The notes: a model not told the origin generated them from the letters alone. A stretch of DNA of 64,000 bases from Auanema rhodensis (GCA_964057225.1 OZ059896.1:16678001-16742000); one strand, 5' to 3'; shown: positions 1 to 12,996, counted from the stretch's first letter. A program made the numbers and translations.

Positions 1-1470
1 TTTGTTAAATAATATAATTAGAGTTTATTTGGGATAGATTTTTAACTTAGTCGATTAAGAATCATATTTTGTTTTTGAATTTTTCAACAAAAATTTTATT
101 TTTCAATCTTTTTTTCAGCTTCTCACCTTATTCACACATATATATTATATATGTATGTAACATCTAAATTTTCATTTAAATTATGATCATTGATGTAGAT
201 GACGCTTACATCACAGTTGGTGAACTTTACGAGGTTAAAACAGTAGGTCAGAATATGTGATCAAAAGTAATAATATAATAACCTTGATCCTGGAAAGTCC
301 CTCTCTTCTTTTTAGTCATTGGTCTTTATGTCCTCCCCCTCGTCCCGTTGAGTAGAATACTTCGGTATTCTAAACACTCTCATTACATATCGATTTGCTT
401 ACGCCTAATGAGATGACTTGGAAACACGTCGGAATGTCTAAAGGCATTCTTTTGTATTCTGAAGGATATGCTAAGAATCACATGGAAGCTCAAGCAATGC
501 TGGTGAATATGGAAATCATATTTCAAGTGAATGCTGTCCGCTGTTAAACACTGCTTTAGAGTAAAGATAAAGTAGAATATGAGAGAGTCATATGGCCGTA
601 AAGAGATATAAGCTAGCCTTTTCAAAGTTCAATGTGAACACGTGGTACATGGTACATGTATTCGTATACTCAAAGAAGGCCACGTACTACGTAGGAGGAT
701 AAGGATGTAAAGCTTCTAAAGGGATTTTTTTGAATTTTGAGATGTGTTAGCTTAAACTATGTGATGATTCGTTAACAAAACAAAATAGAAAAACAAGCTT
801 TTCATTCTACCTCAAAAGTTGTTGTGTTATTTCATACTCATGACATCAACTTCGTTATTTTCTCGTAGGTATCACGTGAAGAAATCAGAATATTTTCTCA
901 CGTAAAGTTCGTGTAAACGTTTGTATTCATTTGCTGAATATGATGACGAACAGAGAGGTTGCATTTATTTGAGAAAAAGCTCGAAGGTTATTATTTCAAG
1001 TTAATGAAAAAAACGACAAAATGACGTAAGTAACATCAGGTTTTGCTTAGCTTCAACATCCGAATCAAGATTCAGTCTGCTCTTATATTGTGTCCCATAT
1101 AATGCCTTTTACCTCTCTCTCTCTTTCTTGCTCCTCTCGTTCTCTCTCTATCTTTCTGTATTTCCTTTGTTGGAGTTGTTTGAATGGTTTATATTTTTCT
1201 GCAAAAAAACATGTTATATGAGAGGTAATCACTCCCTTTCCTCTTATCCATAGTAGTCTTCAGTCGAAAAAAAAAAGAATGTTTATTTGTTTAATTAAAA
1301 AATTAGAAAAAAAGTTGAACTGATTATTAATTCACCATTTTCTTTATTCGGTACCCCCTCTCTCTCTATTCTCTTTGTCCCTCTGTAATTCCTACTTCTT
1401 GGCTCTGTCTATCCCTCTTCATCTTTTTGGAGTACAAGTCCCGCCTCTAACCGCCTACTCTTCTTAACCA

Positions 1471-1477
1471 TATAAAA
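1471..1477 (+). promoter_or_regulatory. Candidate TATA box upstream of the neuropeptide precursor
   Basis: TATAAAA after a CT-rich/CCGCC region about 350 bp before the ATG at 1824. An acceptor-like TTTAAG lies just before that ATG. Confidence 0.35.
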
Positions 1478-1823
1478 GGTTTGAGCTCGACGAGGTTCAG
1501 ATGAGTTTCACCTATTTACATAAATCTGACTTACGATTTTTATTTATATCCCTAATCTTGACTACAACTTGCTGTTATCCTGCCATATTAACATCTACAG
1601 ATTAATGATCAAAAACATAATTCTATTAACTGATTCATAAGAGCATTTTCTTTGTTTTTTCGAGTCAAATCACACATTTCAAATTTATTTTATCCTTCAT
1701 CATGTTTATACTTGTTTATTCTCAGATTAACTCATGCATAAATAAGTTAAATATATGTATTTTAAATGATATTATATGCATCTCATTCACAATTAAAAAA
1801 TTATATATTCTTTAAGGGTCGAC

Positions 1824-2287
1824 ATGAAGGTGCTCTTCGTTCTGTTAGCTATTTGCTTGGTTATCTCTTATGCTCTTCCGCAGTACAATCAGCCACGATT
1901 CCGGAAAAGCCAATCTCGTCAGTCTTCTATTCAATTCTTATTAAAAAATAATACAAAAATGCAAATAAATGGTAAAACAGCTAGCAATTCACAAATTATA
2001 ATATTAATTTTTTGATGTTGCTTACCAGTGTCGATGTGTAGGTGTTATCAAAACAATTTTTATGCGCTAAGTTTGACAACAAAACTTGAAACACTTAAGC
2101 CTAGCAGAAATGGCCCATGTTAGCTGTTTTTTAACACAAAATGCTTGAAATATTTTTTCCACGTTCTATTTTTATTTTTAAATAATGAATTATAGAAGTT
2201 GCAGAAGATACGAACATCCAGCCATTCATCCGGTTCCGTAAAGCATTGTATGACAGTTGGAATCAACATTATGCTCTGGAACAATAA
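1824..2287 (+). CDS. Two-exon neuropeptide precursor with FLP-like RF peptides
   Basis: Exons 1824-1917 and 2196-2287 (GTCAGT...TATAG) splice in frame to MKVLFVLLAICLVISYA-LPQYNQPRF-RK-SQSQVAEDTNIQPFIRF-RK-ALYDSWNQHYALEQ*. This gives a signal peptide, two RF-ending peptides and dibasic cleavage sites. Confidence 0.8.
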
Positions 2288-3046
2288 CGATGGTATTGAA
2301 GTGACGGATATACATTACAAGTTGAAATTCTCTTCCAATATTTTCGTATTTACATATTTCTCTTTTCTTTAATTTTAATTGTAATCTTCTATTTGTTGAA
2401 ATGGCTTTAACCTGTTTGAAATGTTTTTTTGAATAGAAGTATAACAGATGAAGTTGCTACTTTTAACACATAAAAACTTAATTTATAACTTGGTAATGTC
2501 GATGAATGTGATTTGATGATGTTCCTGATGATGCTACTCCTCCTGATGAACTGACTGATGAAAAGATGCGATGATTCTTCTTTGATTACGACCATTTTTG
2601 TGGATATTGATGTGACAGAGATTGAGAAAATAAATGTTGACGAAATGTGATTTTTTAAAAAAAAAAACTTTTGAAATAACAGATATATGATGTTGGAGGA
2701 AAATAATAAAAAATTACGCCAATCACGATATCGAACTGATGATTGTCATCCACATCTTCAAGAAATTGAACTGAAACTTCAATATTTTTGGGTCTTTTAC
2801 TTACCAGTTTTCCGGAAATTTTCTGATAGTCGTTTTTCTTATTTTCTGTTTGTGAATGATGTTCAATTATCAGATATTAATCTAGATCATCATTTAACAA
2901 TTGGTTCATTTTCTTCTTTATATTTTATATTTGAAAGATCAGATGGTTATTTCTATCCATTCAAATAAATTCGCAAACTTCTTCAGCCGTTTTACAAAGA
3001 TAAAAAAGATAGAAGTAGATAGAGTGTAAGTGCTAAAGAAAGAGAG

Positions 3047-3050
<4 letters not shown>

Positions 3051-3086
<36 letters not shown>
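3051..3086. repeat. (GA)n microsatellite
   Basis: Direct AG dinucleotide run. Similar GA/CT runs occur at about 5025-5090, 37710-37790 and 57315-57372. Confidence 0.9.
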
Positions 3087-3088
<2 letters not shown>

Positions 3089-5498
3089 CACGCGAGCATA
3101 AACCTTCTTCAAAGTTCTCAGCAATACAATATATTGCTCCAAACCTGTTTCTGATGAAAATATCATTTAGAAATCCAAACAATTAACATTTCCATTTTGA
3201 TTTACTGCTATTCCCAAGTGAGAGAATGAGAAATATAACCGTCTAGAGAATGTTGATAATATTTTCAGCAATATTGTAATAAACAGCAAATACTGAAAAT
3301 CAATATAATATATTATAATTTGTGAAATCTATATAAATATATATAACTATATAGATATATCTATCACATATGAGAAAACATAAGTACTTCTCCTGTATGG
3401 TGATTTTGATATTTCATTGAAAATGAAATGTTTAAGATGAATCCCCGATGGTAATCTAAAATTCTGACAATTAGCTCATTTATTTTTAAGATTTTTGAAG
3501 ATCAAGATGAAGTAAAAGTAATAGATATTATATTGTTTTCTTTGATACTCTGAGATTCGATAATTTTCAATGTAGTTATCAGTAGAGAGAGAAAAGTAGA
3601 TAGACAAGACGTTTCCGAAGTGTTCAACCTTTTCAAGCTTGTGATCCATGACTATAGTTGAATATCATGATTATCTCATGATCATGATGTTATACGCTTC
3701 CGAACATATAATAGAATATGAAGTAACAATGAGTAATAAGCTAGAATTCTAAAGTATGAGTAGGATATGACGTTATGTGTAAGATTCTGAATATGAAAGT
3801 ATTAGAAGTAAATATGAAGAAAATGGTTAGGATGATGTTCATTTGCTATATTGGATGAAATGATTAGAAATTCAGAATTTAAAAAGTCGCATGACGTGAT
3901 CAAAAGAAAAAATTCTATTTATATTTAGGAAAATTGGATTGCTAAACTCAAATTTTTTCTTCCAAGTTAGGCTAAGTTCGATTAGGTTTATACATTGCTT
4001 CAATAACATACTATCCATTATCGTAGAAGGAGATATAAGAACAATTTCTTTATTGAACATTCGGAAAGATCATGAACGCACATGAGAAATAGTAAAATTA
4101 TCAGAAACAAGGAAGAAGAAAGGTACAAAAAGATAAAGAGATAGTATGTAAAAAAGGAGAAAATTTTTATATAGATATAGATATAAATAGAGAAAGAGAG
4201 AAAAAGAGAAAAAAAAGAGAGAGAGAGAGTTAGAGAGAAAAAGAGAGAAAGAGAGAAAAAAAGAAAAAAAGAGAGAGAGAAAGAGAAAAAGATGAGTACA
4301 AATCAGGATGTTGATGTGAAAAAAAAGAAAAACATTCGAAGAAAAATTTTCATTTTATTTTAGTTGGATTATAACAATAGATATATGTATATATTTATAT
4401 AAATATACATCTAATAAATGATTAAACTTGTTACTTCTTTTGTCTAGAAACTTTGGCTTCAAACATAAAAAAAATGAGAAAAAAAGGAAAACATTTTGAA
4501 AAAACAGTTCACATTGTTCTTATTATGTTTCTTTTCATCTTAAAGAGAAATATTAACTTGATTTTATTAATGAACAAGAAGAATGATGTCATTTCTGTTT
4601 GGGAAATGAATGTGAATAGTAATTTTTTGTGCTTTTTCGCATTTAATTTTTTTTAATATGACGAAGATTGTTAAAAATTGAATAAACTGGCAATATCACA
4701 GATCACATCTTTAGAATTTGGTGAAAAGGTTAGATAGTTGTGCCAGATGATACCATGGGTGTTGAAGACAAGAATGAATTATCGGCCGAATTCAGTGGGA
4801 TAACCTGATAGAGATGAAGACTATTTAAGTTGTGGGAAAACCACGAATACAGCACTCGGATGCCAATAATCTCGTCGTTACCATCCGAATGATTCTCAAC
4901 ACATCGACATCTTGCAGTATTTTCTTATTTCATCTGAAGACACCATACGATCAGTCTTTCTTCATGACTGTCACCGTTCTTTGAATTGTTATTATTCTGC
5001 CAGAATTTGGTATTTCACCTTCTGTCTCTCTCTTTCTCTCTCTATCTCTCTCTCTCTTTCTCTATCTCTTTCTCTCTCTCTCTATCTCTCTTCCCGTACT
5101 TTCACTCTTTTATTTAAATTTGACATAATTTCAACTGTGCTTCCTTGTTTAGAACAAGTTGATATCAGTATTCTTGTTAGCTGTCGGCATGAACTTGACC
5201 TTTTTTTTCTCGTCTCATCTAAAAATGCCCAAGGAAATTCTTTTTTCAAAGAAAATCAGTTTTGAAGATCAAATGATGATACTTTATGAAAAACGTTATG
5301 TATTTGAAAGGACATTATTTAAAGTTCTTTATCCTTTCAACAAAGAAAATTCAAGGACATTTACAGCTGACATTTCTTATATAAATACTCTTAAAATTTC
5401 ATAAAATTTTGACCATCATCATATTATCATTTTCATTTTATTTCCGCTGTTCATTTTCTTACTTCCTATAAGTTATAATAAACGGTTTTGCAGAAGAA

Positions 5499-5807
5499 AT
5501 GATGAAGGTTGCCCTTATTTTGGTTCTTTGCTTTGTTGCTGTCCTCCAAATCGCTTCTGCTTATCCAAGCTATCACTCATGGGGATACGGACACCCATCT
5601 CCATACTACTATGCTAGACCAGGATACGGAGGGTTTGTCTACTTCTTTTCTTGAATTGAACATTTTCTGATATTCTAAGTATTCACTTCTTAATCATGAG
5701 TTTACAGATACGGATACAGAGGATACCCAGGATACGGATATCACCCAGTCGGAGGAGCTATTCGTGGAGCCGTCGCTGGAGCCCTTATCGGAGGAGTCCA
5801 TGGTTAA
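5499..5807 (+). CDS. Secreted Gly/Tyr-rich peptide (caenacin/nlp-29/fipr-like antimicrobial or cuticle peptide)
   Basis: Exons 5499-5632 and 5708-5807 give MMKVALILVLCFVAVLQIASA-YPSYHSWGYGHPSPYYYARPGYGGYGYRGYPGYGYHPVGGAIRGAVAGALIGGVHG*. TATATAAA at 5378, TTTTGCAG acceptor at 5493 and AATAAA near 5901 frame it. The ORF track missed it. Confidence 0.85.
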
Positions 5808-6077
5808 TTGCGTCCACTTTCCCAAGATTGAAAACCAATCTCTCATCTACATTACCGGTTTTCGTAGTCTGACAGTACATTCTGTTGTATAAATTACAAA
5901 AATAAATGATACAATTTAATTTTTCTTTTTTTTTCTGTCATGTAAAAAGAAAAAAAATTTATTTGACAATTAACATGATTAATTCTTTTTTTATTTGTTT
6001 AGTAATTTAGTATACAAATATATATAGTATGAACAAAGTCAAAAGATGTAAAAGAATTTCATTATGATTGTGACCCT

Positions 6078-8461
6078 TTAAATCCAAATATCAGAAGTAC
6101 AATCACCACCTGGATATCTCATTTCATGAGCCAAGTACGGACCACCTTCGACTGTTGTAAAGTCAATTAAAAAGTTTTCGTTCAATTGCATTCCGGTATC
6201 TGTGATATCTATTTGCAGAAGTTTAGCTCCTTTTCTGAAATAATTGACACTCAATGAACTACAAACTACATGTTTTGCAATATTACTTAGCCATATTTGG
6301 ATAGAATTGGTGATCCCAGGCAGCGTAAAGGGACGTGGTGACGTAGAGTCTCTTGCCGTCCAAGCTGAGTTGAAGCATCTGTGGTCCACCTTCAACTTTT
6401 TGATTTTTCACATAAAGAGCTTTAGGAATCTCCTGAAAAGTTATGAATTTTAGATTTTTCGTGGGAGGGAAATTCCAAGGGAAGCTTTTCTTGTTTTCTT
6501 TTTCTCGTACCGCATTTTCGGGATCGTTAATAATCTTGACGTCAGTCTCGTTATGAAGACTTCCTCCAATGAATACCTTGAACAACATTTCATTTTAAAA
6601 TTTACGGAGAAAAAAATTTAATTACCGAAGAAACAAAGACAGGTTTAGTTGGGTCAGAGATGTCGTACTGCCTGATATCTCCATGAAGCCAACAAGAGAA
6701 ATACAGGAAGCGATCATCCATAGAGATCAAAATATCAGTGACCAAGGCAGGCATTTTTGGAAGAATCCAGCCACTAACCTTAAGAAATGAATTAGTCTTA
6801 CTTCCATGATAAATCTAAAATATTACTTCTTTATCGGGAACATCAATTATTTCTGTAGCTTGGTATTCCTTGCTGCCCTACAATTTTGATAAATATTATA
6901 ATGATATCATTGCTATTCTCTTATTTACTGAAGTTTTTGGATGCAGATGATAAACAGCGGAGCCTAAGCCTGTTCCAACAAAAGCATCGGTACTATTGGG
7001 ATCATGTTTGAATCTAAAAAATATAAACAAGCTTAGAATTCGTTAAAAACAAAAAAATGATTACGGACCTGACTTCCAAGGGCAAAGCTCCATTTGGCAT
7101 TGGTAATTCGATCGATTGTAGTCGTTCATGTGTCGACCATTGAAACACATGAATGGAATGACCATATAAGCCTGCAAAATACTTAGAAAATTAAGAATTC
7201 TCAATGATCTTTTATATCTATTTGAAAACTTTAATTATTACATCTACATACCTTCAGCAACATGAAGAGGATTGAAATTTTTTTTGATCACATGAGGTGA
7301 TCCCCATTCGGTTGACATCATGACATCGTGTCTGGGCTGATACCAGAAGTCATAGTTGAAAGCAACTGAGTTAGGAGTCCATGTTCCGATCGGATCAAAT
7401 GTTTGACCATTGAGTAACAAGAAATTGCCCTTTGCTTTATCTTCAGCATCACCCAATGTACTAATCATAATCTGGCCATTAGCCAAACAATGAGAAGTAT
7501 GTGGGAATGTGACATCCAAAGCTTTCAATGCAGAAGGCTCAATTGTCTATAATATTGAAAAATATGTATTTAATGAAAGAACTCATTTCAAATTCTTTAT
7601 ACCTTCTCCAATTTAATATTATTTTGTTCTTCTACATTGACGACATAAATTCTGCTTGAATTTAGACAAGGTACAATTAGATGAGATCTGAGAAAATGAA
7701 ATTCATGTATTAATTTAATTGTGATAAAAATAATTTTGATGTATTTTCTGTGGTGTATGACGCGAAACTAAAGTAAGTTTCATCTACGGCTTTTCAAACT
7801 AAGGAAACTCTCAGATCTTGTATCAGATAGGCTAAAAGAGGAGGCATAACTGAACATCTGACTTGGAACCATTCCAAAAAGTTTGTCGAACCAATAACCA
7901 AGGTATGTTAGAACACATGTGGAACGTAGCAAAAATGAAGTTTAGAAAAATTTGGGGAGTTTCTAGTTGTTTTCAAAAATCAAAAAAAAGAAGAATTAAA
8001 ATTATCTAATTATTTGATATACTTTTACTTTATAATATATTTTTTTTTATTTTATTGGCCGCTAAAAAAAATGTTTCTTCTATAATAGAGGTGGCAACAA
8101 ATGCAGAAGAGCCCTAATTTTTTTATAAATTAAATTAATTTTTGAAATGAATGTAAATTTAAAGTACCTTCTCTTCTCGGGATTATCGTAGCAAGAAGAA
8201 CAAGCATTCCAACCGGTATGATGAATTTCATCTCCTTGATGTGGGAGGATAATCTTGGACACAATCTAAAGAGGTAGTTAAGAAGTTAACATTAACATGT
8301 CATACTTTACAATAATCTGGACTCTCAGGATTTACATTAACCGTAGCAACCATATCATGACCGCCTTGAGCATGTGGACATGTTACGAACAACACTTCTT
8401 CACGTCGAGACTTTGTGATAGCCTCGATAGGGCTGACATATCCAGGTCCACAACACGGCAT
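6078..8461 (-). CDS. semo-1: Selenium-binding protein SBP56 / methanethiol oxidase (SELENBP1 family), multi-exon
   Basis: N-terminal [14 protein letters not shown], plus [60 protein letters not shown] and C-terminal [18 protein letters not shown]. Family is certain. Orthology to semo-1 versus its paralog is not resolved. Confidence 0.93.
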
Positions 8462-9224
8462 CAGTAAGAAAGCAATCTGACCAATAAAAAAATTATTAAA
8501 ATAAATGTTTATTGAAGAATCTACAAGTGAAGAAATAATATTCAAACATGATTGAAAAACGATGAAATGAACGTTTCTTCATACTTAATTCTAACTGCAA
8601 ATGTGAAATTGGATAGCATGTAACAGGGACAAGAACCTGTTGCCTGATAAAATCGGTTTATCGGGGGAAATGTACACCAAATTAAAACTATAATATGCAG
8701 CAATTAGTGCAAGAAAAGTTCTTGTAGACAATTTTTTTGTAGAATTAAACATTATTATTATAAATTTGTCTTGTACGTACATGATACAAACTATGAAACT
8801 TCTGCTCATACAATAGCAGTAGATCTATTTTAGGTGGAGAGAGAACGAGAGGGAAAAATCTGCTGAAATATATTTATTTTCATTATAGAAAATAAGTAGA
8901 TTGCCTGCAAGCATGTGGGCATGACTATCTGTACGATGTTTGAAATCAACAATATATGGGAAAATATTTTAGTAGATCTCTAAATTTATAAGACAGCTAT
9001 AGCATCGTAGCCGATGCTATTACTATGGAGTGACAGGGAGACAGAGCTTTTAGGATGGTTGTTCGTTATCTAATCATCGTCAAGCTCAGGTCACTCCTTA
9101 AATAGGGAACGAAAAACAATTAGAAGCATGTGAGAAAACTTCTTATATACAATTTGAAGTGGTTTTTGCTTCTTTGATTTTGGGTAGTTATCGCTTACAG
9201 AGAAGAAACACGACAAATCAAGTT

Positions 9225-9247
9225 TGTCACGTAAACTGTACGTGACA
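9225..9247. promoter_or_regulatory. Palindromic pair of HRE-like (TACGTG) sites upstream of the SELENBP1 gene
   Basis: TGTCACGTA-aactg-TACGTGACA, perfect 9-bp arms with a 5-bp spacer, about 770 bp upstream of the ATG at 8461. Confidence 0.45.
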
Positions 9248-9395
9248 TGCTAGGGAACAAGTGAGAGGGTAAATGACAACTTCATTGCATTAGATAAAAG
9301 AACGGAGCATGTCAACGTAGCTTGCTCCGTCAGCTTTATAAGGCAAAAGAGGGATGGATACTCGAACCGAAAGTACTTTTCTTACATCAGAGCAG

Positions 9396-10036
9396 AGTAG
9401 TAGTGTATAATAAGTTGAGTCTAGACCAACTTTTAGCCCATTTTCCATTTTCAGCATTTTCATGCCAATATTATACATTCACAAACTTGAAACATTATTT
9501 AACTGATCAAAAACCTGTCATTTTTGAAAAAAGCCGTTTTTGGACAATTTGGGTAAAAGATTTTGGCAGACCGTTCTGTCCACTTGCCCCGGAGTCACGC
9601 TTTTAAATAATCTCCAAAAAATACCAAAATGATATCTACAAGTGGACAAAACGCAAAAAAATAAGCGTCTCTCCTGGGAGAGCTGGGTAGATAGCGGAAA
9701 AATCTTCCTACGAACGAGAGTGCCTCCATGACGAAGAAATGGTAAAGAGAGAAAGAAACCCGGATTGCGGTAGGAGGAACACGACTCCTAAGTGGGATCT
9801 GTTCTCTTTTTGTTTTGTTATTATTTTCGTTTTTACAGTCGCACTAACTCAAAATAAATTGAAAATAAATTAATTTTTGAGTTCTTTTACTCGACTTTTA
9901 AAACTTTGTTAGTTCTTAAATGATAAATTTCCATAAAAATCTCCCCACGTTCACTAATGTATAAAAATGACATAAAAATGCTAAAAATAAAAAATAGGCT
10001 AAAAGTTGGTCTATACCCAACCTATCATATACTACT
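9396..10036. mobile_element. Non-autonomous element with Maverick/Polinton-type termini (641 bp)
   Basis: Starts AGTAGTAGT and ends ACTACT. Imperfect TIRs of about 80 bp (67/80 identical by hand alignment). Flanked by the exact 6-bp duplication GAGCAG (9390-9395 and 10037-10042). No credible ORF inside. Confidence 0.75.
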
Positions 10037-10136
10037 GAGCAGCTTTCTAATCTTGTTATCTTCTTATGCCTCAAACCCAAAATTAAATTTGGCAAATGCA
10101 AACGAAATCTTTATTTTACTGACACAATTCATTTAG

Positions 10137-11651
10137 TTAATATCTATCTAGTTGTTCATCTGATGCACTCGTAACTCTATCCTGTCGTTTAGGTTTTAAA
10201 GCATCTCTGAATGGCGGTAATAGAAAAATAGCTGGACCTAAGATAGATAAGGTTGTGAACGAAAACTTATGAGCCAAGTGCGATTCCACATTTCGGAAGC
10301 TTCTTGCTAAACCCTCAAGATCTTGTTCGAATCCATGTATACCATATAAGGGAAAGAACAGCATAAACAGCACAACTGCAATTTCCACACTTTACACTTA
10401 GTATACTCATTTTGAATTCAAAATCATTAAGTTTTAAGTTTTTTTTCATTTGTAGTGATTTTTGTCAGATTATTGGAATCAAACTCACGAGTTTCATATA
10501 TATAAAGCATGCCAGGAATAAAAAAATAAAAGAAAATCCAGAGAGGAGAAAATCCTTTTTCTTGTTCTTTATCAGACGTTCTTCTCATAGCCAAAAATGG
10601 TGTCTAATAGTGATAATTATATGTTTTGTAGGAAAAAAATGTTCTTGTTTCTTCCAATTTTTCTTCGAACTTACAGTTATCCAAGTTATGAATAACACTA
10701 TCATCAGTAAAAATTGAAGCACAACAAGTATCATAGTTGGATAAAAATTAAGAACTTCACTCAAATTCTCCATAATAAATGCCAGTGTAAATGATATAAT
10801 AACAAGAGATATATAAATTTTTCTATAGATAAACAACATGAAGGTTGTAATTTTATATTATTTTGATTTCTTTTCTCTTTTTTTTTCATTTTTCTTGTTT
10901 ATCAGCTTACCTAAACATCTGTTTTTCAGGGAACACGGTTGTGCGCAGCTTGCAGATCATAGCCAAAATGACAATTTCTGTCAAGTTATGTAGCCACGAT
11001 AAAGCACGGTGTATTGTATATTCAGACATAAGAAACCAACAAAAGATTGCACTGAATTGTAATTTTGAATTAGATGAAAATGAGATAAAAGACAATATTT
11101 TTTATTGTAAAATTAAATTAAATTTCAAATATATTTGGATAATGAGCATTGAAAAAGAGCATTGACTATAGCAAAGAAAATATCTTCTATATAACAATAC
11201 CTATAAGATTTCTAGTTTTTTTTTTAAGAAAAAACTGAATTTTGGTTACATTTAATTCGACTAAATGGGTCAGACTAAAATGTTAATTAAAACATGAAAT
11301 GAATTAAAGATCAATTACTTTTTTTTTCTAATTTGCAAAGCAATTTGTTTAAATGTTCTTTTGATAACTATCAAAAAAGAAAAAGGAGAAGAAATATTAT
11401 TTTTAAACTCACTATTCTTCAACATCCAAGGGATCAATAAGCGTAAGTAAAATTTTAAGAATTCTTATGGTTAACAGTAATGTTATAACACATAATAAGG
11501 TTAAAAAATGTGTTTTAATGCCAATCCATGGAAGACGATATACAATAACCCAACATAATATTGTAATTATAATATCAGTTAATACTATCCAACACCTATC
11601 TGAATCAATTATTGACATTTTATGGGAGGAAACCCAGCAATTGGTAGCCAT
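10137..11651 (-). CDS. Orphan multi-pass (about 7TM) membrane protein, probable divergent nematode GPCR
   Basis: Five phase-compatible GT-AG exons (11651-11413, 11051-10911, ~10822-10675, ~10603-10489, ~10375-10137) give about 290 aa with roughly seven hydrophobic segments, ending GPAIFLLPPFRDALKPKRQ...DRY*. Confidence 0.7.
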
Positions 11652-12996
11652 TGTTTTAAGAAAAACATAATATTTGATGTTTAAAGAAGACTCATTTTAT
11701 GACTCTTTACTTCAAGCAATACAAATAGTGTCTAGAACAAAGAATAAAACATACCATTTCCGAATATTAGATATTCAAAATCTTCAAATCTACCGCAAAA
11801 TTCGAACATTAGCAAGTATCAGAAGAGAAGGGAGACTATTTTAATGAAATTATAATTTTTTTACCCTCATAGTTACCACGACAACTCATGTTTCACCTGA
11901 ACATGAGCGATTAAGCGAAAACTATAGGAAATTTAATTAAACACAGATTTGTAAAATAAAATGATCAGTTAAATAATTGATAGATTCATATTTATATTAC
12001 GTATGTTATAAGTTTTATTGAGAATGAGTTCTTTAATGAGCAAAAAAAATACAACGATTGATTTAAAGAGAAGACGGTAGTCAAATTCTAGTGAGTCGAG
12101 GCCGGTACTCAGCGTATTCTGTAGAGACTTGTCTTGCTTGCTGCTCGGTGTACAATATTTTATAAACAAAATTTTCATCAAAAACAGCCTACGACAGGGG
12201 AGAGAATATCTAATTGTTGATAATATTTTGTATAGAGAGTGAATTTCTATGCTCTGATGCTCAAACTGTATCGAAATGACTTATTTATCAAGACAATGTC
12301 ATGAGATGCCGTGGCTTTTGCTGTGACATTTTTTTATCATTTTACACTGAGAAATACATCGACAATGGTACAAGCAAACGAAAACATACTGAAGAAATGC
12401 TTAAATAAGTATTTTATATAGTTCATCGGATTTGAGTATATAAATTTGGAATACATACTGCACTTTTGATATTTTTTTAAACTTCCTATAACAACTTACA
12501 ATATTATACAAAATATAAACATACATTAAAAATATTGCATTTTTCATCAAATATATTAAGATTATTAATTTTTATTATATAACCACATTTTAAATTATTT
12601 ATATAAAACCTGTTGCACAGAACCATTCTTGAATTTCATTTGAACTTTGCTTTTTGCTTTTAGATTAGACTAGATGGTAATTTTTCTGTTTGAAACATGA
12701 CCTAATGCGAAAATTTATTTGGTCCTGGTGCGAGCGAATTGGTCTTCATATGCCATGAAGGCCGCTGCTTGATTATTGGTCTCTATTTGTCGATATTTTC
12801 ATGCTAAGTTTCATATAACTTTGTGCTGATACCGTAAATTTCAGTTTTATTTCACTCTTCTCATTGCATACTTTGTGTGCAGAAAGCTCACATCAGTTAC
12901 TTTAAAATAATATTCATTCTCATCCTCTTTCTGAGTTACATCGATATTCTATTCAACATTTATTTCTAGGTTTTTTTCCTCCTTGACTAGTCTACA

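Noticed and set aside
4825-4920. Minus-strand ...LLASECCIRG..., resembling an insulin A chain
   Set aside because: It lacks the remaining cysteines, a B chain and a signal peptide.
9290-10101. Two ORFs with mutually similar peptides (DQLLAHF / DQLLAYF)
   Set aside because: The similarity is just translation of the two TIRs of the 641-bp element.
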